64,000 nt of DNA from Lytechinus pictus. Its lineage: Eukaryota. The notes under the pieces were generated by a model. It worked only from the letters and a program-made list of their open reading frames with translations. It had not been told where the DNA came from and did no database searches. The translations under genes were made by a program, and so were the position numbers. Shown piece after piece: positions 24,634 to 36,700 of the stretch (its first letter is position 1; each line of letters begins with the position of its first letter). The stretch covers positions 3,722,001 to 3,786,000 of the forward strand of contig NC_087251.1 in the NCBI RefSeq assembly GCF_037042905.1, given 5' to 3'.

Positions 24634-24711
24634 ATGGCAGAAGATACGTTGTCAACCCTTCTACAAACTTTAAAATTCCCACAAATACCTACCTCTGATG
24701 AAGAACCAAGG
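24634..24711 (+). CDS. STYX: STYX coding exon 1 (MAEDTLSTLLQTLKFPQIPTSDEEPR)
   Basis: Good Kozak context ATCATGG; LKFPQIP resembles STYX LEFPSLP; phase-0 donor GTGAG; candidate acceptor TTTTCAG ending at 24446. Confidence 0.78.
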
Positions 24712-27700
24712 GTGAGATTTATATTTTCATAATTCAATAGCTTCAAGTGTAATATTTTAAACTAGTTACGAATCGTATAATATAAAGGAAATGAGTACGA
24801 GTGTGCCGTGTCTCGTAGGTCGAGTTGATTGTCCGTTTGGCATTAAATAAGTCCCATTCGTCAGCTCCTTGGTGACGAATACTAATATAGTGAACCTCGC
24901 AATACGTGTGAGTGCTACCGTACTCCTTGGTCACCTCCGCCAAGACTTCATAGTAGGATGGGGGGTCGGGTGTCCGGACACTTTATATTGTTGAAGCCTT
25001 CTTTTTTGTCTTAAGATTACACTAAAAATATGAATTCAATAGGCCTAGTTGTAATCATCTTCTATTTTGTTCTCTATAATATTTTCTAACATTTTGTACT
25101 AAAAATTGATGAAACTTCGCTTGTAATTTTTTCCAAATCAAATGACTTTCTAAAATTGATCGTCCGGACACACAACCTGTCCGGACACACAACAACTGCG
25201 TATAATCATACGCAGAGTCGAGGGGCCTGTTGCATGACGAGATGAGCGATACGTAGGAACGTCCTAGGACCATTCTTCCGAGATAGGAAGATCATGAAGA
25301 TTGGCGACAAATCAACGCTTTCCGTTTCACGAAGGCAATTTTGTCTTTCAAGTCCGCAACATCGTTTGATATTGATAGTATCGGAAAAATATTTAGTCTT
25401 CATCGTCACCTGAAGGCTGAACCTTTTATTTCGGAATGACAACTTTTCATAAAATAATATATTTCAATAAAAGGGGATCAAATAATGTTTTAATTTTATT
25501 TATTACTGATTGTAGAATTGATGTATGGAGCGTACTTTATGAGGTAAAAAGAGAAAAAAAATTCAAGATTCACAAACATAACTGGATAAAATCGAAATTT
25601 AGAACACGGTGTCCATTTAGAGACACCTTTCATTGATATTTCAACGAAAGAGACCCTTGACCGACATAAAAATTGATTTAACTAAGTAATTTCGACATTT
25701 TATTAGTTCTATATACTGATTTTTTTATAGAATACATATTTATATAATGATGATTTTGCAAATTATGCGTTAATAATAATATGTTATCTGTTGAGGTAAA
25801 AATAGGGTTTGAATGGAGTAAACAAGATTGTAGTAAACAAGATTGTATGAGACTAAAAAGGAAAATATGATAGGCTGCCTGTGAAAAATCTAATTTATTT
25901 ATTTTATTTGTCAGATATAACGCAAGAAATACAAATGTGAGTGTTTAGAGTATAAACATACCTCAATTGCATGATGAGTAACCGAAGACAAGGAAAATAT
26001 GAAAATTGCTGCAAACATGTCCAAGTGGATAAAGTAGTGCTTTGCAATAACAATTAAAACATAGAAAAAGGTGTGCAATCCGCAATGGAAAAAATACTAT
26101 TTACATAAATAATGCTAAATATCACAATGATCATAAACGTTGGTCATCTTTAAAGTTGATCACTCAATTTATGGAAGCTTATATAAGAATATAAGGTTTA
26201 AGAATATAAAAAAATTATATGTTCAACATTTCAAAGTTGAGGAGTAGAGCCTACATTATTGCTTTAACATTACATAGGGGCCGAAAGGGGCCTACCCAAC
26301 GATTTAAAATGTGCCTCTCCGTATGGACTTTCCATATTTTTTTCTTTAATGAACTAGCTTATCTTCATTTGTAATAATTGTGATGGATTCGTAAGCTATA
26401 GGCCTGATCTGTATCTTAAATTCAATTAGCTATTTTGTTATTGCAGATTTTTTGTTTTGTTTTACTGTTTCACCTCTCAAGTTAGCCCAAATCCGACAAT
26501 TAATTTTCATTGATTAAAATTAATCTCAGCAAAAAAAAAATTATAATGAAAATGAAATAAAAATAAATGAATGATTTACCATGTTTAACATTTTAGTTTT
26601 GTATCGTGTTTTTTTTTGCTGAACGTTATAAACACGTTTTTTACCTTACATAATTTCTTTTAAAGAAATTTGTTTTCATGTTGTTTAATTATCTATAATG
26701 AGAAAGCATGAGGGGTCAGAGAGATAGTGCCGCCCATTTCGATATTTAAAAAAAAATTAATGGAAATGGTGTGGGGATAGGACGGAGAATAAAAGAAAAC
26801 ATATTAAACAAAATATTTAGGCCTACATTACCCCCGGACATAATGCCCGGAGAAGTTAAAATGACATCTGTTTTTGGTCGTCTTGCCGTGCAAAAAGACG
26901 ACCTGAAATTGATGACAACTAGCCCCCATAAAAAAGATAACTTGCCGCCATCCCAGATAAAATGCATCAGAGTGCAACCCCAAAAAATGTTTAAAGGTGA
27001 TAATGACAGTGTGGCTTGCCGTAAACGCATTTTCTCTCAATGCCGACGGTGGCGGGCGGTGTGCAAAGAAGATCATGCCTACGTAGGACGTCTGGAGGTG
27101 TCTTTCCAAGGACCATTCTTCGTATCGCCCAAATCGGCTTTGTGAAACAGTTGAGCGATATCTCGTTCTTACGTAGAATGGTTCTTCGAAAGACCCTTTC
27201 ATGCAACAGGCCCGAGGAGTGTCTCACTGACCACCCAGATTACATGATACATGGACTTGTATACAATTGATGATCCACACCAATTTTTCCTGTGCTACCT
27301 TCAACCTTGGGCCTGTTGCATCATGCATGAAATGGTCTTTCGTAGAACCGTTCTACATAAGAACGAGATATCCCTCAACTGTTTCACAAAGCCGATTTAA
27401 TACGAAGAATGGTCCTTTGAAAGACACCTCCAGTCCAGACATGTCCTACGTATCGTAGGCATGATCTTCTTTGCACACCGCCCGCCACCGTCGGCATTGA
27501 GAGAAAATGCGTTTACGGCAAGCCACACTGACATATCACCTTTAAAGTAGAAATATATTGAAAATCATAAAAATGAAGAATTATATATCGAATTAAAGGG
27601 AAAATAAGAAGAACACGATGGTGTACATCATTTATCATGGAGACCGATGAAACTCACTTAATTGATAGTTTAAAGTTCTCTTTCTGAATGCTTCAAAAAC

Positions 27701-30700
27701 GCTCAATTACGTCCGCGAAATTTGGGTTTTTTATGACGTGTATAAGTGTACGAGAGACGTGATTGGCTCTCCCACATCAAGCTCCACTTGCATGCAAAAC
27801 CTGTTGCGAGGGTACGTTTTCTCCACACTGTCACTGAATACTTCCATCACGAAATGAAAGAAAACCCAGAAGTTTATCTAGATTTTGGATTTTCAAATTG
27901 ATGATTTTGAAGATGAAGAGAATGATGATGAAGTTTCTAGCTCTAGTGACGTGGATGGAGGTAAATTGGGGGAATTACGTCTATGATGATGAGTCGGACA
28001 ATTCAACTTGCATGCCGATTTGCTACCAACTCATGCAGCTGCAAGTGCTAGCTGCACGTAGGCCTACCGCAGGCCAAAATAAATCCATGAAAATTCCAGC
28101 CTGACCATCCATACAGAGTCTCCTCCCTCTGTCAAGGCTCTAAAGAAGGAAAATAATGATATAACTGTACTTACAAACAAGTGAATATATCCGAATCCGA
28201 AGGCAGATCAACTCAACGAATAGCAGCAGACGATATTCACCGACGATAAACTTCACGTGGCCGTGCTGGCTGGGATAAATTGTCACTCGTTCTATTAGAT
28301 ATAATTTCTACCTCATTATTTTGACAAAATTACGAAACTCGGGGAATTATTTATCTATATAAAAATATAGTAACACCTCGTACTATGTTTAAATTACGAT
28401 AAAACCTTTTTTGAAGCAAAAAGTTGAGATAAATTAGAATTAGATGTAAAAGATCATCCCCAACATGCGTAGCTCGTAAGTGATTGTAAACAAACCATCC
28501 GAAATGCCGATTGAGAGTTGTGCAACACGTGCATCTAATCTCTCAGCCAAGGCGAGCAAGCAATGTGTGTTTGTGAAGGTTTGTTTACAATCACATACGA
28601 GCTACGCATCGGCACTACAGTACATGGACGGACGTAAACGAGCGATCGCGAGCCAGTCGACTCTCGAGCTAGATCGCGCTGAATGCATGCAAGCTTCGGA
28701 CTGACTCGGCCAGGACCAGGGTGACCAGACATCCCGTATTTTATTCATTTCTAAAACATTTTTTTTTTATTTTATTTTTTTTAAATATATTTAAAAAACA
28801 CCAAATATCATTAGGATTTTTGTTATATGATTGGATTGTTTTTATTTGCTTGAAGTTTGAACCTTTTCCTCTTTCTTTCTTTTTTATCTTTATATCCTTC
28901 CTTCTTGCCCTTTTTTGTTACATTATCTATTTTTATTTCCTGATCCTTTCTCTCTCTGTTCATTTTCTTTCTTTCCTTCTTTCTCTAAATACTTGCCTTC
29001 TTTATTACATTTCCTTTTTTCATTTCCTTCATTCCTTCTCCCTTCCAATCGTTTCTATTTTCGTTCTTTCTCTCCTTCCATTATTTTCTTCTTTTTTTTC
29101 ATTCTGGCCTCCCTTCATTCTTTCCTCCCTCTCCTCCTTTTTTTCATTATTTATTTCATTTTGTCCTTCTTATTCTTTTCCCTTATACTTTCTTTCCCTT
29201 TCTTCCTTCATTCCTACCCTCCTTCCTTCCTTCCTTTTTTCTTCTTTCTTTGTTTCTTTCTTTCCAAGAATGAAGGAAACATTTTCTTTCCTTCATTCTT
29301 TCTTTCCTCCTCCTTTTTTCTTACTTTCTTTTTGTCTTTCTCTTCACTATTTTGACTTTCACACATTTATTCATCTTTCCTTCTTTTCTTTTTTTTCTTT
29401 CTATATTCAATTCAAATCGAATGACGGAAACCTTTTTATCTATTTTTATTCTCTCTCTCATCCTTCTTTTATTAGAACTTTCTTATATTTTTTATTATTT
29501 CCTTCATTTTCCCCTTCATTTTTTCTTTCTTTCTTCCCAATTCATTTCTTTTCTTTCTCTCCTTCATTCTTTCGTTCACCCTCCCTTCCAATTCTGTATA
29601 TTTTTTTCACAAGTCTAACACTGTGTAGCCTTCTTTCTTGATCTTTTTTTTTGTCGATTGTCCTGTATTTCATTTTGTAAAATCTTGTCACCCTGGCCAG
29701 GACTCAGCTTCAACTTCAAACCAAATAAACAATATCGTCAGACTATTAAAATAGGCGACTTTTGTCGTCGTGATCGGCGACCAGAACAACTTGAACAACA
29801 GTCAAGAAAAAGAAATGCCAAGGGCAGCGCCAGTAAATCAAGTTCAGCCAGGACAGAAAAGAATAATTAAGAGCAAAAGAATTTTTGAAAAAAAATCGGG
29901 CAAGCAGTTTTTTCTATCGGGCAAGCAAATTTTTTTATCACTTGCCCGACAGGGCAAGTGATGATTTTTTTTTGTAGAGGCCTGATATTGAACAAAAAAG
30001 TGTACACAATCATATACTCTTGACCTCCCGTTAAAAAGTTATGACCGGAAATGTCAAAAGGTCAACGAACTTTCGTTATTTGGCAAATTACATTGGGTGA
30101 TTTCAAGTTCGGTGTTGGTGTTGGTGTTGAGAGCATAAAAAGGCCGCTGAACCGAGCTCCAACACCGAGCTGGGTTCAGAGGAATGATACCGATTGCGTT
30201 ATCGATAGCACATGACGTCACGCCTCTGCGCTGCGCTGCTAAATCATCTCAACTTCACGCGAGAAGTCTCGACGACAAAAATGAAATCCGAGAGAAATGC
30301 ATTAAATTCTCATTGTACAGAATACCAATGTTTTAATTAATTAAGGAATTCGAAAGAGTGAACATTATTCTTCATCAAAATATATACAGCTCAAATGATT
30401 TGTACTCATCTTAACTGTAAAAGCTAATTTTACAGGGATGTTTCATCGTGTTCGCCGCCTGTTCACGAGCTTGAGATTGCCAACACCAACACCGAACTTG
30501 AAATCATGATTTTCCCAATCCCTGGGGGTTGGTGTTGGTGAATGGGGAAATTTCACGTAGATCATTAACACCAGCTGCAGTGCTGGGTTCAGCAGACGAC
30601 ATTCAACACCAGCATTCAACACAAACTGTTGGAAATACGTCATATTTTCCGAGGTCAATCCCAACACCAGCCTGATTTCAAGTACGGTGTTGTGGCTGGT

Positions 30701-33700
30701 GTTGGTGTTGTCAACACCAACACCAGATTTCAACACCGTACTTGAAATCACCCACTGAATGTGTTAAGAAATCTGATATTTTCGTTTTTTCTTCTTTTTT
30801 TGCATGTGTGTACCTTTGTTATTTTCGATTTTAATAAGTTCAAAGGTCCTTATCCTGAAGATATTAAAGGTCAAGACAAGGTCAGGGAAAGGTCAAAAGG
30901 TCAATGAACTTTCATTGATAGCCAAAATACACTAAAAGCGGTTAGCATCTTAGAAGTAGGTTCTTCATTTTGAGAATTCTCTAAGAAGACATTATCCATT
31001 AGATAAAAAGGGGGTCAAATGTGCTCATTTAGGAACAAAAAAGATAAACAGAGATAGACATCAAATACATTCAGTGTGGTATCATGGTATTGCAGGAATA
31101 CCTTGAAACGACTTGACAAACCCTAATACCCTTAAAATCGTATCATCTTCATTATGTTGTAAGTGCAACCAGCTCTTTCCGAGTTTCTGATTCAGGAATT
31201 CAATTCAAGTTCAATTCATTTCCAATTTACTAGTCTTTGATTTGTAAAGAAACATTTCATCCATTTGCTTTGTACAGAACATTTTAATAAACATAAATTA
31301 TTTTATGTATTGGGGTATAATTTATGTGTAATAATATGCTAATAGAGTAAACACATCGATTGATCAGCTCCTAAGAAAGATGCCTAACATCTTATTTGGA
31401 TTAACTTACGAATAAGATAATGAGGTGAGGATTGAGGATGATATGATAAGTTGGGCTCCAATTGCTCCTTGATTAATTCTAATGTGTGACAGTTATATTA
31501 TTTCTGACATAGAGGCATCATCGTGCAGACATGCTCATTGTAGTCAGTCATGGGTGTCCATCATGCTGATGTGATATATTCTGACCATTACTCGATCTCT
31601 AGCTGGAGCCCAGAAGGACTACACATTTCTTATTATGTAGTGTCATTAACGGTTCAAGTGTTTATCAATTGTGTTTTTCCAGAGCATACAACGTGAAACT
31701 AAACTTAAACAACATGCAAAAAGGTCCCCGATGATTAGCTCAGAACAGCACAGCACCAGAAATGTATAGTCCTTCTTGGCTCCAGAGATCGAGTAATGGT
31801 CAGAATATATCACATCAGCATAATGGACAATGGACATACACGAATACAATGAGCATGCCTGCACGATGTTGCCTTTTTGTCAGAAATAATATAACCGTCA
31901 CACATAAGAATTAATTAAGGAGCAATTGGGGCCCAACTTATCATATCATCCTCAATCCAAACCTCATAATCTTATTCGTAAGTTAATCCAAATGAAATGT
32001 TAGGCATCTTTCTTAGGAGCTGGAAGCACTGGCCAATCAATGTGTTTATTCTGTTAAAATAGTATTACACTTATACCCTACTATATTACAATAATTTCTG
32101 TTGATTAAAATATCACACATAAGAATTAATTAAGGAGCAATTGGGGCCCAACTTATCATATCATCCTCAATCCAAACCTCATAATCTTATTCGTAAGTTA
32201 ATCCAAATGAAATGTTAGGCATCTTTCTTAGGAGCTGGAAGCACTGGCCAATCAATGTGTTTATTCTGTTAAAATAGTATTACACTTATACCCTACTATA
32301 TTACAATAATTTCTGTTGATTAAAATATTCTGTACAAAGCAAATGAAGGAAAAGTTTCTTTACATATCAAAGACTAGTAAATTGAAAATAAATTGAACTT
32401 CAATTGGATTGCTTAAAAAAGAAACTCGGAAAGAGCTGGTTGCACTTATCACATCATGAAGATGATAAGATTTTAAGGGCCTAAGGGTTTGTCAAGTTGT
32501 TTCAAGGTATTCCTGCAATACCATGATACCTCACTGAATGTATTCGACGTCTATCCAGTTTATCTATTTTGTTCCTAAACAAGCACGTTTGACCCCTATA
32601 TATTTAATGTCTTCTTAGATACAGAAATTTCAAAATAAAGAACCATGAAAAATTAAGACTTCTAAGATTCTAGCCACTTTTAGTGTATTTTGGCTACCAA
32701 TGAAAGTTTGTTGACCTTTTTACCTTTCCCTGACCTTGTCTTGACCCTTTATATCTTCTGGATAAGGACTTCTGACTATGAACTTATCAAAATCGATTAA
32801 TTCTAATGTGTGACAGTTATATCATTTCTGACATAGAGGCATCATCGTGCAGACATGCTCATTGTAGTCAGTCATGGGTGTCCATCATGCTGATGTGATA
32901 TATTCTGACCATTACTCGATCTCTAGCTGGAGCCCAGAAGGACTACACATTTCTTATTATGTAGTGTCATTAACGGTTCAAGTGTTTATCAATTGTGTTT
33001 TTCCAGAGCATACAACGTGAAACTAAACTTAAACAACATGCAAAAAGGTCCCCGATGATTAGCTCAGAACAGCACAGCACCAGAAATGTATAGTCCTTCT
33101 TGGCTCCAGAGATCGAGTAATGGTCAGAATATATCACATCAGCATAATGGACAATGGACATACACGAATACAATGAGCATGCCTGCACGATGTTGCCTTT
33201 TTGTCAGAAATAATATAACCGTCACACATAAGAATTAATTAAGGAGCAATTGGGGCCCAACTTATCATATCATCCTCAATCCAAACCTCATAATCTTATT
33301 CGTAAGTTAATCCAAATGAAATGTTAGGCATCTTTCTTAGGAGCTGGAAGCACTGGCCAATCAATGTGTTTATTCTGTTAAAATAGTATTACACTTATAC
33401 CCTACTATATTACAATAATTTCTGTTGATTAAAATATCACACATAAGAATTAATTAAGGAGCAATTGGGGCCCAACTTATCATATCATCCTCAATCCAAA
33501 CCTCATAATCTTATTCGTAAGTTAATCCAAATGAAATGTTAGGCATCTTAGGAGCTGGAAGCACTGGCCAATCAATGTGTTTATTCTGTTAAAATAGTAT
33601 TACACTTATACCCTACTATATTACAATAATTTCTGTTGATTAAAATATTCTGTACAAAGCAAATGAAGGAAAAGTTTCTTTACATATCAAAGACTAGTAA

Positions 33701-36700
33701 ATTGAAAATAAATTGAACTTCAATTGGATTGCTTAAAAAAGAAACTCGGAAAGAGCTGGTTGCACTTATCACATCATGAAGATGATAAGATTTTAAGGGC
33801 CTAAGGGTTTGTCAAGTTGTTTCAAGGTATTCCTGCAATACCATGATACCTCACTGAATGTATTCGACGTCTATCCAGTTTATCTATTTTGTTCCTAAAC
33901 AAGCACGTTTGACCCCTATATATTTAATGTCTTCTTAGATACAGAAATTTCAAAATAAAGAACCATGAAAAATTAAGACTTCTAAGATTCTAGCCACTTT
34001 TAGTGTATTTTGGCTACCAATGAAAGTTTGTTGACCTTTTTACCTTTCCCTGACCTTGTCTTGACCCTTTATATCTTCTGGATAAGGACTTCTGACTATG
34101 AACTTATCAAAATCGAAAATAAAAAAGTATACACATGCAAAAAAAGAAGGGAAAAAAATGAAGGATAGCTTTCTTAACACCTTCAGTGTACCATTTACCG
34201 AAAGTTTGTTGACCTTTTGACATTTCCGGTCATAATTTTCTAACGGGAGGTCAAGAGTATATGATTGTGTACACTTTTTTGTTCAGTATAACCAGACAAA
34301 CAATTCGATGTATGGCTCGACACAATCGGGGCAATTTTAAAAACTGACCCCTATTGACCACATTTTGACCCCTCACATGGTCAAGATGACCATTAGAAAT
34401 TTGTCACCAAGTTGAAAGTTGTTCCTTGTGATGTCACCGATGACATAAAAGTGAAAAATCAGACTTAGCCAATTTGTCGAAGTAGCCGGTAAATCATGAC
34501 ATATGCTGCCTGACTATTACCATGGACCTATTACGAATGGACATTCAACGAGAGCATTTTATGACCACCACCTGTTTCCAGCTGTCAAAACTGCTGTCTA
34601 ACCCTTAACTTTCTCTTTACGCGGTTTTTACGACGACCGCCCGGGGCGATTGTTTACACAAGCTCCTTTCGGCCGATGATCGTCACCGATCGACAGCTGG
34701 CCCTCTTTCGACCAAAGACGGTCATGTTGTAGCCCCGATTGCCAATAGGGAAAGTCCCTACATTACCAAGAATGCAATGCGCAATTCATATCCGGTTTTT
34801 CAGTACATTATGTTAGGCTGTCTGTAATGTGGGATTGTCGTCTGTCCATCAAAAAAAATCCCGTTAAATTTCATCAATCCTGTGGAATTTTATGCCCAAA
34901 TGAAAATCAACTTCTGACCGAAGGTAAGTGCTACTATCGACATCAATACTGTCCGAAAAAGATGAAATTTTAACGTTTTTCCGCAGATTTTTTCGTCAAA
35001 TTTCAACTGCTTTTTTGCCGTAGATATACGGATCTGCAAGGTGATGTCAATGCATTTCATTTCCGGTTGTTAGCGATGTACGTAAAAAATATGTTTATGC
35101 ACGCCTGTTTTCTTGTTTCTGCTATCATTTTCATAGCGCTTACGTTCGCTGCTGTGCGTTGCTTTTGATAAAGTGAACGAACAACATCGCAATGGGTAGG
35201 AGCAGCGTACAATTGATTTCCGCTGTCCATCAGTGAGAGCGTGTTTTACGACCGGCTTGATGGGTGTCAGCTGCCAGCGCTCTGTTTATAAAAGGATTAG
35301 CGGCGACGGTCTTTGGGTCAAAGGAGGGGATTCGTTGAATGTCCATTCGTAATAGGTCCATGCTATTACGAATCCATCACAATCATTACAAATGAGATAA
35401 GTTCATTAAAGAAAAGATTATGGAAAGTCCATACGAAGAGGCGCATTTTAAATCGTTGGGTAGGCCCGTTTCGGCCCCTATGTCATGTTAAAGCAATAAT
35501 GTAGTCTCTACTCCTTAACTTTGAAATGTTTAACATATATATTTTTTATATTCTTAAACCTTATATTCTAATATAAACTTCCATAAATAATAAGTGATCA
35601 ACTTTAAATATGAAAAACGTTTATGATCGTTGTCATTTTTGTCTCACCTGCATAGCAGAGTGAGACTATAGGCGCCGCTTTTCCGACGGCGGCGGCGACG
35701 GCGACGGCGGCGGCGACGGCGGCGGCGGCGTCAACACCAAATCTTAACCTGAGGTTAAGTTTTTGAAATGACAGCATAACTTAGAAAGTATATGGACCTA
35801 GTTCATGAAACTTGGCCATAAGGTTAATCAAGTATTACTGAACATCCTGCCTGAGTTTCATGTCACATGACCAAGGTCAAAGGTCATTTAGGGTCAATGA
35901 ACTTAGACCATGTTGGGGGAATCAACATCAAAATCTTAACCTAAGGTTAAGTTTTTGAAATGTCATCATAAATTAGAAAATATATGGACCTAGTTCATGA
36001 AACTTATACATAAGGTTAATCAAGTATCACTGAACATCCTGCATCAGTTTCACGACACATGACCAAGGTCTAAGGTCATTTAGGGTCAATGAACTTTGGC
36101 CGAATTGGGGGTATCTGTTGAATTACCATCATAACTTTGAAAGTTTATGGATCTGATTCATGAAACTTGTACATAATAGTAATCAAGTATTACTGAACAT
36201 CCTGTGCAAGTTTCAGGTCACATGATCAAGGTCAAAGGTCATTTAGGGTCAATGAACTTTGGCCAAATTGGGGTATTTGTTGAATTACAGCCATAAATTT
36301 GAAAGTGTGTTGGTCTAGTTCATAAAACTTGGACATAAGAGTAATCAAGTATCACTGAACATCCTGTGCGAGTTTCAGGTCACATGATCAAGGTCAAAGG
36401 TCATGTAAGGTCAAAGAACTTTGGCCACGTTGGGGGTATTTGTTGAATTGCCATCATATCTCTATAAGTGTATTGGTCTAATTCATAAAACGTGGAAATA
36501 CGAGTAACCAAGTATCACTGAACATCTTGTGCGAGTTATAGTAGTTTTCAAAATCAGCACTGCTGCTATATTGAATCGCGTGATGCAGGTGAGACGGCCA
36601 GAGGCATTCCACTTGTTAGCACTATTTCTGTAAATAGTATTTTTTCCATTGCGGATTAATTGATTTACACCCTTTAATTATTATTGCAAAGCACTACTTT

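Larger units (their letters stand above)
29985..34516. mobile_element. Foldback element with more than 1-kb inverted arms; right end ..GCTGCCTGACTA (5'-TAG terminus, possibly Academ-like); left end truncated
   Basis: 29985-31630 pairs imperfectly with 31757-32795 and with 33081-34290; loop about 31630-31757. The superfamily is an inference. Confidence 0.6.

Noticed and set aside
26995..27541. Apparent TTAA-flanked Kolobok MITE with long TIRs
   Set aside because: Better explained as the facing ends of two inverted Harbinger-like copies, since GGGCCTGTTGCAT termini point into the spacer; not fully excluded.
28721..29641. 306-aa Phe/Ser/Leu-rich ORF resembling a membrane protein
   Set aside because: It arises from CT-rich low-complexity filler inside a TSD-flanked element.
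31646..33188. Two identical 72-aa ORFs
   Set aside because: A by-product of the 1324-bp tandem duplication in non-coding foldback DNA.
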